A stretch of 64,000 nucleotides of DNA, from assembly GCA_035577025.1 (NCBI GenBank), contig DATLVU010000052.1, positions 7,303 through 71,302 on the forward strand, read 5' to 3'. Below are positions 18,524-27,182 of this stretch, in pieces; position 1 is the stretch's first letter; each line of letters begins with the position of its first letter. The translations under genes and the position numbers were made by a program. The notes beneath the pieces were generated by a model, which was given only the letters and a program-made list of their open reading frames with translations, searched no databases and was not told the origin of the DNA. This stretch comes from Gemmatimonadales bacterium (GTDB lineage: Bacteria > Gemmatimonadota > Gemmatimonadetes > Gemmatimonadales > GWC2-71-9).

Positions 18524-20114
18524 CTCCAGTCCACCGGCGCCCAAGCCGCTCGCGGCATGCACGGCGACGAGCGGCGGCCAGGTCAACCTCGGCGTCGCGG
18601 CGTACACGGCTGTCGACCCGACGCAGACGGCGGGCTGCGCCGTGTTTCCGGCGAACGGGTCGACCTCCGCGGCCGAGGAGTATCTCGTGATCGCGCAGTC
18701 GGCGAGTAACACCGGGGACGACTCCCAGGCGTTCAGGCTCGGTGGCAACGCACTCGCTGCCCCGCCGCGCGCGGCGGTCGTGGCGCCCGGCCCGTCCATC
18801 GCGCAACGGTTCGACTTCACGCTGCGCCGGGCCGAGCGGGAGCTGGCTCTGCAGGCGCCGCCGCGACGGCGGCCTGCCGCGACGGGTCCCGCGCGCGTGA
18901 TCACACCGGGCTCGTCGAGCACCTTCAAGGTGTGCGGCGACTTGACTTGCTCCACCCATCCGACGGTCACCGCGACCGCGAAGACGGTCGGAGTGCACGT
19001 CGCCGTTTACGTCGACAACGCCTCACCGGACACGCTCGCGACGATCGACCTCGATTCCGTCGCCGCGGTGTTCGACACGCTCCTCTATCCGACCGACACC
19101 GCCGCATTCGGACGGGAGTCCGACATCGATGGCAACGGGCTGGTGCTCGTGCTCATGACCCCCAAGGTCAACTCGCTCGTGACCACGGCCCAGTGCAACG
19201 ACCCAGCGGGCGGCTTTGTGGCCGGATACTTCTTCGGGGGTGATTTGGTGACCGGCTTCTCCGGCGGTAACAGCGCGGAGATCTTCTATTCGATGTCACC
19301 CGACCCGGCAGGCACCGTCAGCTGCATGCATTCGACGACCGAAGTGAAGAAACTCGTGCCCGTGACGTTCATACACGAGTTCCAGCACATGATCAGCTTC
19401 AATCAGCATTTCCTCATACGAGGAGGATTCCCGGAAGACTTGTGGCTCAACGAAGGGATGTCGCACTACGCGGAGGAGAACGGCGGCCGCCTGTTCCTGG
19501 CCGACACGGCGACGCTCTGCGAGTTCGTGGGTGGGGACCTGTACAACGCCGGGCTCTATCTCGGGGCGCCTCAGAATCACTTCCTAGTCGACACGGCTGG
19601 CATCGGGGGGTTGGCCGAGCGGGGCGCCTACTGGCTGTTCGTCCGCTTTCTGGTCGATCAGTTCGCCGGGGGCACGACGCAGGCCGCCGCGAACGCGTTC
19701 ACTCGCTCCCTCGACGCCACGAACCAGCTCGGCGTCGCGAATGTGGTCGCGCGGACCGGCACGCCCTTCTCGACGCTGGTCGAGCGGTGGACGCTGGCCA
19801 ACTACGTTTCGGACCTGCCGTCGTTCCCGACCCCGCCGGAGCTGCAGTACGTCAAATGGCAGTTCCGCACCGCGTTCCCCGCGTTCAACTCCAAGTGCAG
19901 CAGCAAGATTCCCGGGACGTTCCCGCTGGTCCCGCCGTCGGTGACCGGCAGTTCGGCGCAGCTTGCGGGTATGCTCCGGGCCGGCTCGGGGAGCTTCTAC
20001 CTGATGCAACAGGCACCCAGCGCGCCCAGCTTCACGCTCTTGTTCTCGAACAGCGTCGGCGCCGCTTTGCGCACGACGATCGTTCCCCAGCTCGCGATCC
20101 TGCGCCTGCAATAA
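18450..20114 (+). CDS. putative zinc metalloprotease lipoprotein (HExxH; possibly M30/gluzincin-like)
   Basis: ATG 18450 follows GGGGGAGGGG. Lipoprotein signal SSLLAAACSS. HEFQH motif (VTFIHEFQHMISF) with a downstream NEGMSHYAEE. The family assignment is tentative. Confidence 0.7.
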   Translation: MPKRLWAIGVRVGMGVSSLLAAACSSSPPAPKPLAACTATSGGQVNLGVAAYTAVDPTQTAGCAVFPANGSTSAAEEYLVIAQSASNTGDDSQAFRLGGNALAAPPRAAVVAPGPSIAQRFDFTLRRAERELALQAPPRRRPAATGPARVITPGSSSTFKVCGDLTCSTHPTVTATAKTVGVHVAVYVDNASPDTLATIDLDSVAAVFDTLLYPTDTAAFGRESDIDGNGLVLVLMTPKVNSLVTTAQCNDPAGGFVAGYFFGGDLVTGFSGGNSAEIFYSMSPDPAGTVSCMHSTTEVKKLVPVTFIHEFQHMISFNQHFLIRGGFPEDLWLNEGMSHYAEENGGRLFLADTATLCEFVGGDLYNAGLYLGAPQNHFLVDTAGIGGLAERGAYWLFVRFLVDQFAGGTTQAAANAFTRSLDATNQLGVANVVARTGTPFSTLVERWTLANYVSDLPSFPTPPELQYVKWQFRTAFPAFNSKCSSKIPGTFPLVPPSVTGSSAQLAGMLRAGSGSFYLMQQAPSAPSFTLLFSNSVGAALRTTIVPQLAILRLQ

Positions 20115-20977
20115 TGAAGGGGCGCGTCCCCGGCGGGCTCCTGCTGACCGTGCTGTGCGCCGTTCTGCTCGCTCCCGGGCTCGTCGCACAAGGTGAGGGC
20201 AGTCTGCCGGGCCTGCCGGGCTCGGCGCGCGGAGCGGGGATGGGTGGCGCGGGGGCGGCCCTCGTGGGCGACGCGGGCGCCATCTTTGCGAACCCGGCCG
20301 GCCTCGCCACGATCCACCATCTGGCCGTCGAGGGCGCGTACGAGGCCTATCCCGGGGGGACGACGCTGTCGACCGGCGCGCTCGCGCTGCGCGTGAGCCG
20401 CTTCACGTGGGGGGCCGGCGCGGCGGCCCTCGGACCGAACTACAACCGCGCCGACGTGCTGGGCGTGTCGTCGTTGGTGTTCCGGACCGGGGTCGTGGCG
20501 CTGGGCACGTCCATCAAGTACGGACGCGAGACGATCGGAGGAGCACGGCTCGACGCCTGGGCGGGTGACGCCGGGCTGGCCATCGCGGTGTTCGACCTGA
20601 TGGCGTTGGGCGTCAGCGTGCAGAACATCGGTGGCGATCTCGGCCTCGGGCTCCACTTTCCGCGTCGCACGCGAGCCGGGTTCACGTTGAATTACGTCGA
20701 TCCCCAAGGCACCTACCGTCTCCTCACGACACTGGAGGGGCAGTGGCCGTCGGACGGGAGCGCCTTTGTGGTCCTGGGTGTCGAGAGCGGGATGGTCACC
20801 CACGGGCTCGGTTTGCTTGCGCGCGTGGGGTATGTGGGTCACTCGGCGGCGACCACGGCGTCGCCGTTCACGGCGGGGGCGGGCGTCGAGGTGGGTCGGC
20901 TGCATCTCGATTATGCCTATCGGCAGGATGATGCGCTCGGCGCGCGGCATCGCGTAGGGTTGCGATGGACACCGTAG
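20114..20977 (+). CDS. PorV/PorQ-like outer-membrane beta-barrel protein
   Basis: The start overlaps the upstream stop (TAATG). Signal peptide, then [30 protein letters not shown], a motif typical of PorV/UPF0164-type barrels. The rest has an alternating beta-strand pattern. Confidence 0.65.
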   Translation: MKGRVPGGLLLTVLCAVLLAPGLVAQGEGSLPGLPGSARGAGMGGAGAALVGDAGAIFANPAGLATIHHLAVEGAYEAYPGGTTLSTGALALRVSRFTWGAGAAALGPNYNRADVLGVSSLVFRTGVVALGTSIKYGRETIGGARLDAWAGDAGLAIAVFDLMALGVSVQNIGGDLGLGLHFPRRTRAGFTLNYVDPQGTYRLLTTLEGQWPSDGSAFVVLGVESGMVTHGLGLLARVGYVGHSAATTASPFTAGAGVEVGRLHLDYAYRQDDALGARHRVGLRWTP

Positions 20978-22071
20978 TCGAGCGCCGTCCACCGAACTGG
21001 GGGCGTGTCGGTCGCCGACTCCTGGCGTGGGTGGTGATCGGCGTTCCCACGCTGCTGGTCGTGACCCTGGTGACGAGCGCCGAGGTCCGGTACTTGGCGC
21101 GGGCGGGCGTCGAGGAAGCTCGCATTCTCCTGCGGCGCCGCGCGATGGACAAGCTCGCCGGGGACCCCAAGACCTCGCCGGCCCTGCGGCAGCGGCTCGA
21201 GCTGGTCCTCGCCGCCCGGACGTACGCGGCTGACTCACTCGGCTTGCTCGTCGGTGAGACGTATACGACCTATGCGGACGTGGGACGGGATACGCTGCTC
21301 TTGGTCCTGTCGGCGTCGCGTCGTGATCGGCTACGCGAGTACACGTGGCGCTACCCTATCGTCGGCACGGTCCCGTACAAGGGGTTCTTCAACTTCGCTC
21401 AGGCCCGGAGCGCGGCCGCGGAGCTCGAGCGGAACGGTTTCGACACGTACCTGCGCCCCGCGGGCGCCTTCTCGACGCTCGGATACTTCGCGGATCCCCT
21501 GCTCTCGACCGTGATGGAGCGGGACACGATGGAGCTCGTCGCGACGGTGATTCACGAGCTGGCCCACAACACCCTGTATCTGAAGAGTCAGACCGCGTTC
21601 GACGAGAGCTTCGCGAGCTTCGTCGGCTATCGGGGCGCGCAGGCCTTCTTTCGCTCACGGGGCGACTCGGTGGACGCGAATCGCGCCGTGGCCCGCTGGC
21701 GGGACGAGCGGCGGCTCGATCAACTGTACGCCGAGCTGGCGCGACGCCTCGATTCAGTCTATGCGGCGGGCCCGATGGGCACGGCGCTCGAGCGCTCGCG
21801 CGCCACGATCTTCGGGTGGGCCCGGGCGCAGCTCACGGGGGCGGTAGGACAATCACTGGAAACGTACGACTGGCGCTGGTACGCCAAGGCTCCGCTCAAC
21901 AACGCGGTCGTAATTGCGCAGCGGTTGTACCGCATGAACCTCAACCAATTTGAAGAGGTCTACCTGCAGTCCAAGGCGGACCTGCGGGAGGCGATCCGCG
22001 CCATTCAGGTGAGGGTGTTCACGGACCCTGGGCAGGATCCGTATCAGGCGTTGTATTCGCGAGGCGGATGA
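20965..22071 (+). CDS. predicted zinc aminopeptidase (DUF2265/COG4324-like)
   Basis: N-terminal TM segment. HELAHNTLY plus [10 protein letters not shown] motif. Overlaps the upstream gene by 13 nt. Confidence 0.75.
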   Translation: MDTVVERRPPNWGRVGRRLLAWVVIGVPTLLVVTLVTSAEVRYLARAGVEEARILLRRRAMDKLAGDPKTSPALRQRLELVLAARTYAADSLGLLVGETYTTYADVGRDTLLLVLSASRRDRLREYTWRYPIVGTVPYKGFFNFAQARSAAAELERNGFDTYLRPAGAFSTLGYFADPLLSTVMERDTMELVATVIHELAHNTLYLKSQTAFDESFASFVGYRGAQAFFRSRGDSVDANRAVARWRDERRLDQLYAELARRLDSVYAAGPMGTALERSRATIFGWARAQLTGAVGQSLETYDWRWYAKAPLNNAVVIAQRLYRMNLNQFEEVYLQSKADLREAIRAIQVRVFTDPGQDPYQALYSRGG

Positions 22072-22084
22072 AGGGTGGCGGGTT

Positions 22085-22130
22085 GGCGGTCGAGAGGCAA
22101 CGGCGGCGGTCAGGCGGGCTGGCGGTCACG
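22085..22130. repeat. left inverted-repeat arm flanking the four-helix-bundle gene (GGCGGTC units)
   Basis: GGCGGTCGAGAGGCAACGGCGGCGGTCA (22085-22112) is the reverse complement of 22538-22565 in 26 of 28 positions. It overlaps the gene's stop codon. Confidence 0.9.
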
Positions 22131-22472
22131 CACCGCTTTATAAAGTCGCCAGGTCAGCCGACTGGCATCGGCCCGGAGGCGATCCAATTCGCGCCACTGC
22201 CCCTCCTGCAGGAACCCGAGCTTCCTGCACACCCGCAAGGTGTATGAGAGCTCTGACAGCGATCCCATGGCGATGTCCAGGTAGCGCCGGAACTCGCGTG
22301 GACCTCGTTTCGCTGAGCCTTCCACGATGTTCGCGGCCGCACTGAACGCCGCCCGACGCGCCTGCGATGTGAGACCATACAGTTCTTGTCGAGGAAACCC
22401 TGCGGTCTCGCGATAGACCGCGACGACGAGTTGGTCGCAGGCCTGCCATGCGCGGAACCGCTCGTAGGGCAT
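22110..22472 (-). CDS. four-helix-bundle protein (23S rRNA intervening-sequence protein / Avd-like family)
   Basis: MPYERFRAWQ..., LTSQARRAAFSAAANIVEGSAKR..EF.RYL.IA.GSL.EL motif series is characteristic of this family. ATG 22472. Confidence 0.9.
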   Translation of the reverse strand: MPYERFRAWQACDQLVVAVYRETAGFPRQELYGLTSQARRAAFSAAANIVEGSAKRGPREFRRYLDIAMGSLSELSYTLRVCRKLGFLQEGQWRELDRLRADASRLTWRLYKAVRDRQPA

Positions 22473-22537
22473 CACCCCACTAAGTGTCGCTCGTTTTGAT
22501 CGCGCGCCGGGATCCAATACGCGCGCGCCGTATCAAC

Positions 22538-22614
22538 TGACCGCCGCCGTTGATTCTCGACCGCCTGATCGCCGCATTGTCGTTTGACCGGCCGACCGCC
22601 TGACCGCCGCCGTT
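22538..22614. repeat. right inverted-repeat arm (two TGACCGCCGCCGTT copies)
   Basis: TGACCGCCGCCGTTGATTCTCGACCGCC at 22538-22565 plus a second partial copy, CGACCGCCTGACCGCCGCCGTT, at about 22594-22614. The arm abuts the gdh stop codon. Confidence 0.9.
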
Positions 22615-22615
22615 T

Positions 22616-23881
22616 TCAGTTTCCCCTCAGCCGCTCCGCCTCCGCTACTCTCTGCAGCGCAATCGCATACGCGGCCGTCCGGAACGTCACGCCCTTCTGC
22701 TTCGCGAGGTCGCGCACGCCCACGTAGGCCTTGGTGATCGTCGCTTGCAGCTCGCGGTTCACCTGCTCATGGGTCCACCGGTACTGCTGGAGATTCTGGG
22801 CCCACTCGTAGTAACTCACCGTGACGCCACCGGCGTTGGCGAGGAAGTCGGGAATAACAGGGATGCCCCGCTCCTCGAGAATCAAGTCCGCTGTAGGCGT
22901 CGTCGGCTCGTTCGCGCCCTCGACGACCACCTTGCAGTTGACCGTTCGCGCGTTCGACTCCCGGGTGATCACGCCGCCCAGCGCTGCCGGCACGAGCCAG
23001 TCGCACGGCACCATCCACAACTGATCGTTCGTGATGGCGGTGCCGCCCTTCCACTCGGAAACCGGTCGGCCGCCGGCGGTGTGGGCGAGCAGGCCGGGAA
23101 CGTCGAGCCCACCGTCGTTCATGATGCCGCCGTTGACATCCGAGATGGCGACGACCTTCGCTCCCCCCTCCGTGTGTAGCAGCCGGGCGAGGTTGCCACC
23201 GACATTGCCAAACCCCTGAATGACGACACGGCTGCCCTTCAGCGGAACGCCGAAGTCGCGCGCGTACTCCATCATCACGTACATCACGCCTCGCCCCGTG
23301 GCCTCCTCGCGGCCGAGCGAGCCGCCGAGTGATATGGGCTTGCCGGTGACAGCGGCCGGGGTATAGCCGTGCCGGCTCGAGAACTCGTCCAGGATCCAGG
23401 CCATCACCTGGGCGTTCGTCGCGACGTCGGGCGCGGGGATGTCCCGATACGGCCCGAGAACGATGGAGATCCGCTGCGTGAAGCGGCGCGTGAGCCGTTC
23501 GAGTTCGAGCTTGGAGAGCTTCTTGGGATCGACGGCGACGCCGCCCTTGGCACCGCCGAACGGGATGTCCATCAGAGCGGTCTTCCAGGTCATAATGGTG
23601 GCCAGGCCCAGGACTTCATCGTGGTCGGCGTCGAGATGGTAGCGGATCCCGCCCTTGCAGGGCCCCCGCGCCCCGTTGTGCTGGATGCGGTACCCGGTGA
23701 ACACCTCGATGCGACCGTCGTCCATGCGCACCGGCACCTCCACCTGCACCTCGCGGAAGGGCTTCATCAGAATGCGCCGCATATACTCTTCGAGGTTGAT
23801 CAAATTGGCGGCGCGCTCGAACTGGCTGTCGACGATAGACTTCCCCGTCATGGTGCGCGGGGATCGTGCGGTAGCGGTCAC
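22616..23881 (-). CDS. gdhA: Glu/Leu/Phe/Val dehydrogenase (glutamate dehydrogenase)
   Basis: CKGGIRYH and PFGGAKGGVAVDP motifs with a Rossmann GFGNVG. The start could be the internal ATG at 23851. Confidence 0.92.
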   Translation of the reverse strand: MTATARSPRTMTGKSIVDSQFERAANLINLEEYMRRILMKPFREVQVEVPVRMDDGRIEVFTGYRIQHNGARGPCKGGIRYHLDADHDEVLGLATIMTWKTALMDIPFGGAKGGVAVDPKKLSKLELERLTRRFTQRISIVLGPYRDIPAPDVATNAQVMAWILDEFSSRHGYTPAAVTGKPISLGGSLGREEATGRGVMYVMMEYARDFGVPLKGSRVVIQGFGNVGGNLARLLHTEGGAKVVAISDVNGGIMNDGGLDVPGLLAHTAGGRPVSEWKGGTAITNDQLWMVPCDWLVPAALGGVITRESNARTVNCKVVVEGANEPTTPTADLILEERGIPVIPDFLANAGGVTVSYYEWAQNLQQYRWTHEQVNRELQATITKAYVGVRDLAKQKGVTFRTAAYAIALQRVAEAERLRGN

Positions 23882-23891
23882 CGAGCCTCCG

Positions 23892-25055
23892 TCAGGATCG
23901 TTCGGTCTTGAGGCGGCGCCCGGCCAACCGGCCCGCCGGGTGCTGCGCTTCGGACAGCGCGTGGGCGACGTTCAGCCGCTGGGGCCGGCGGCCGCTCGAG
24001 TCCGCGAGGACGCCGATCACGTCGGCGGCGGCGCTCGTGGGCTCGGTGAGAGAAAGCGCGGCGGGGGACAGGGAAACGGGCGCCTGCTCGAGCACGAATA
24101 CCAGACCCGACGCCTGCTCGGCGACCGCGGCGGTGAGCATGGACCACCGGGCGTCCGCCGGCTGGGGGCGCTGCGCTACCACCAAGGGGCACGCGGCCGG
24201 ATCGAAGCTCGTGCCCGACACCAACGGGGCTCGCAGTGAGTCCGCGAGCGTGCGCCAGACCAGCAGGGTCGGTCCCACGGTGACCACCTGGCCGAACCGC
24301 CATCCGGAATCGCGCGCGAGGTCGAGAAAGGCGGTGGCGAGCGCCTCGTCGTCCGGGACGACGGTCCCTTCTTGCGAGGCCAACACGACCGTCCCGGTCT
24401 CGGCGAACCATCGCTCGGCTGTGGTGAGCTCGTCGGGACGGCGCGGGGAGTAGAAAGCGTAGCGCTGCGTCACCGCGATCTCCCGCTCCGCCGCGACGCG
24501 CTGCTCGGCGTGCTCCGCGGCTTGAGCCGCGCCCTCGTACGAGACTTCGGCCGCCTGATAGCGGCCCGCGTCCCGCAGGATGCGTCCGCGCAACCGCAGC
24601 GTCTCGGTGTGGGGCTCGAGCCCGAAGGCACGGTCCAACGCAAGCAGCGCGCGGTTCCGATCGCCCAGTCGAAATGCGGCGTAGCCCAGCTCGTGCCAGA
24701 CCAGTGCGAGGTCGGGATCCACGTCGACCGCGTGCTCGAGGGTGGTCAGCGCTTCAGGGTAGCGCTCGAGCTCGATGAGCGCGGCGCCCGTGAGCGCCAG
24801 CGAAAAGGCAGAGTCTCCGAATTGGGCCCGCGCGCCCTCTGCCAGACGAAGCGCGTCTTCCTTTCGCCCCTGACGCCTCAACAACTCGAAGCATTCCGCC
24901 CATCCGGACTTCAAGTCCGGATGCTCGGCAAGGAGGTCGCGGTAGGCTTTTTCGGCGTCAACCACTCGGCCTTCGCGGGCCAGGTAGCGAGCGCGGGCCA
25001 TCGCGCGCTCGCTCGGTGCGTCGGGAAACAGCTCGTACGACGCGGTCGTCCTCAT
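23892..25055 (-). CDS. tetratricopeptide-repeat protein
   Basis: The N-terminal half contains TPR-like repeats (AEKAYRDLL..., ALRLAEGA..., WHELGYAAFRLGDRNRAL). The C-terminal half is of unknown function. Confidence 0.75.
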   Translation of the reverse strand: MRTTASYELFPDAPSERAMARARYLAREGRVVDAEKAYRDLLAEHPDLKSGWAECFELLRRQGRKEDALRLAEGARAQFGDSAFSLALTGAALIELERYPEALTTLEHAVDVDPDLALVWHELGYAAFRLGDRNRALLALDRAFGLEPHTETLRLRGRILRDAGRYQAAEVSYEGAAQAAEHAEQRVAAEREIAVTQRYAFYSPRRPDELTTAERWFAETGTVVLASQEGTVVPDDEALATAFLDLARDSGWRFGQVVTVGPTLLVWRTLADSLRAPLVSGTSFDPAACPLVVAQRPQPADARWSMLTAAVAEQASGLVFVLEQAPVSLSPAALSLTEPTSAAADVIGVLADSSGRRPQRLNVAHALSEAQHPAGRLAGRRLKTERS

Positions 25056-25081
25056 GGCGGGGACGAATATAGTCCTAAGCG

Positions 25082-25127
25082 TCGAGACGGCTAGACGGCT
25101 AGCCGTCCAGCCATCTAGCCGTCTAGA
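25082..25127. repeat. 46-nt near-palindrome of octamer units in a divergent promoter region
   Basis: (GACGGCTA)x2 is followed by GCCGTCCA, GCCATCTA and GCCGTCTA, which are inverted copies. It lies between divergently transcribed genes whose starts are at 25055 and 25139. Confidence 0.9.
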
Positions 25128-25138
25128 TTTTGCGCTCC

Positions 25139-26497
25139 ATGGATACCGAACGCCTGTTGCATGAGCTCAGCGATTTCTTGCGCATTCCATCAGTGTCGAC
25201 CAGCACGTCTCACAACGCCGACTGCCGGGCCGCGGCGGAGTGGGTCGCGGGCGAGCTGCGCCGGCTCGGTTGTCGCGAGGTGCAGTTCCTCGCCAGCGGC
25301 ACGCACCCGGTGGTCTGGGGCGTGGGTCCGGACGTGCCCGGTGCGCCGACGCTCCTGATCTACGGGCACTATGACGTCCAGCCTCCCGAGCCGCTCGACC
25401 AATGGACGACGCCACCGTTCGATCCGGCGGTGCGGGACGGCCAGCTGTTTGCGCGCGGCGCGGCGGATGACAAGGGACAGGTGTTCTGTCTCCTCAAGGC
25501 AATCGAGGCCGGCGGCCGGCCGCCCATCAACTTCCGCTTCCTGATCGAAGGGGAGGAAGAGTACGGCAGCCGCGTCCTGTTCGAGCTGCTGCGACGGGAG
25601 CCCGAGCGGACCCGCGCCGATGTCGTCCTCATCGCCGACATGGCCTATGTCGCGCCCCGCTGGCCCGCCGTCTACACGACCCTGCGCGGGCTCTGCTACG
25701 CCGAGATCGCCGTCCGGACGGCGAGAACGGACCTTCACTCGGGCGAATTTGGCGGGGCCGCCCCCAACGCCCACGAGGAGCTCGCCCGGCTGCTCGGCCG
25801 CCTCAAGACGTCCGACGGGAAGATCCACATTCCCGGGTTCTATGCGCCGGTCAAACGACCGTCCAAGCGCGAGCTCGCCACCTGGAAACGCCTTCCATTC
25901 AAGGAGAGCGATTTCCTCAAGCATCGCGTACAGGCCAAAGCGCTCACGGGGCTCAAGGACCACTCGGTGCTGGAGCGCCTCTGGGCGCTCCCCACGTTCG
26001 AGATCCACGGCATCATGGGAGGGTTTACCGGCGATGGCGCGAAGACCGTGATTCCCGCCGAGGCCACCGCGAAAGTGAGTCTCCGTCTCGTGCCCGACCA
26101 GAAACTCAAGACCGTCGAGCGACAACTCACGGCCGCGGTCAAGCGGTTGGCGCCCAAGTACGTTCAGGCGAGCGTGAAATTCCTCCATGGCGCCGACCCC
26201 GCGACGGTGGAGGTGACGCACCCGGCCTTTGGCCTGTTGGATCAGGCCTTTCGTGAGGTGGTCGGGCGGGGGACCGTGCCAGCTCGCGCCGGGGGCTCTA
26301 TTCCCGTGGTCCCCGCGCTCGGCAAGGGTGGCGCCCCCGTGATCCTCACCGGGATCGGCCTGCCCGACGATCGCCTCCACGCTCCGAACGAAAAGCTGGA
26401 CTTGAAACAGTTGTGGGACGGTATCAAGGTTTTCCGACGGTTTTACGAGCTGCTGCGAGAAAAGGGCGTGGAGGGAAACCGTAGAGGAGAGTCGTAG
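25139..26497 (+). CDS. M20 family dipeptidase/peptidase
   Basis: LSDFLRIPSVS, IYGHYDVQP, ARGAADDKG and EGEEEYGS motifs. ATG 25139 (the ORF track begins at TTG 25130). Confidence 0.9.
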   Translation: MDTERLLHELSDFLRIPSVSTSTSHNADCRAAAEWVAGELRRLGCREVQFLASGTHPVVWGVGPDVPGAPTLLIYGHYDVQPPEPLDQWTTPPFDPAVRDGQLFARGAADDKGQVFCLLKAIEAGGRPPINFRFLIEGEEEYGSRVLFELLRREPERTRADVVLIADMAYVAPRWPAVYTTLRGLCYAEIAVRTARTDLHSGEFGGAAPNAHEELARLLGRLKTSDGKIHIPGFYAPVKRPSKRELATWKRLPFKESDFLKHRVQAKALTGLKDHSVLERLWALPTFEIHGIMGGFTGDGAKTVIPAEATAKVSLRLVPDQKLKTVERQLTAAVKRLAPKYVQASVKFLHGADPATVEVTHPAFGLLDQAFREVVGRGTVPARAGGSIPVVPALGKGGAPVILTGIGLPDDRLHAPNEKLDLKQLWDGIKVFRRFYELLREKGVEGNRRGES

Positions 26498-26520
26498 AGA
26501 AACCGCTCTACGTCGTTTTT
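26493..26520 (+). terminator. rho-independent terminator
   Basis: CGTAGAG (26493-26499) pairs with CTCTACG (26506-26512) across a 6-nt loop, then TCGTTTTT. It overlaps the stop codon of the M20 gene. Confidence 0.65.
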
Positions 26521-27178
26521 ATACGGTTTTTTTGCTGAGGTTCCGCAGTTTATTAATGTCATGCTGGCTCAGCCCGCGCCCGCCGTAGCGCTCTTCCTTC
26601 CACGGATCGCCCCGCATGTGATAGCCGTTCTGCTCCCAAAAACCTGGGACGTCCGCGTCGAGCAGCGTCAGGCCCCGAACCCACTTGGCACTCTTCCAGA
26701 AATACAAGTGCGGTACGAGCAGACGGGCGGGCCCACCATGTTCCGGCGTCAGCCGCTCGCCGCTCCACTTCAACGCGATGAGGTTGTCCGGTCGATCCAG
26801 ATCGCCGAGCGGGAGGTTCGTGGTGAAACCCTGCTCGGCCGACACCAGGCAAAACGCCGCCTCCGGCTTTACACCCGCGCGGGCGAGTAACAGCTGCACC
26901 GGTACGCCCTCGAAGTCGTTGTCGAGCCGGCTCCACCGCGTCACGCAATGGATGTCGCAGTGCACCGACTTACGCGGTAGCTCGACCAGCTCGTCGTACG
27001 TCAGCGTGAACGGTCGCTCGACCAGGCCGGACACTTCGAACGTCCACGTGCGAGTGTCGACGCGTGGGACGTCGCCGTAGTGCAGGACGGGCCACTTCGT
27101 GGTGAGCACCTGCCCGGGGGGGAGCCGCTCCTGAGACCCGGGATTCCGTTGGCGCAGCTCGTCGAGGTACTTGGTCAC
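26519..27178 (-). CDS. sulfite-oxidase-like molybdopterin oxidoreductase
   Basis: DIHCVTRWS, HGGPARLLVPHLYFWKSAKWV and GFWEQNGYHMRGDPWKEERY motifs. GTG 27178 is the proposed start; the longest ORF runs to 27268 and overlaps lipB. Confidence 0.85.
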   Translation of the reverse strand: MTKYLDELRQRNPGSQERLPPGQVLTTKWPVLHYGDVPRVDTRTWTFEVSGLVERPFTLTYDELVELPRKSVHCDIHCVTRWSRLDNDFEGVPVQLLLARAGVKPEAAFCLVSAEQGFTTNLPLGDLDRPDNLIALKWSGERLTPEHGGPARLLVPHLYFWKSAKWVRGLTLLDADVPGFWEQNGYHMRGDPWKEERYGGRGLSQHDINKLRNLSKKTV

Positions 27179-27182
27179 GCCA

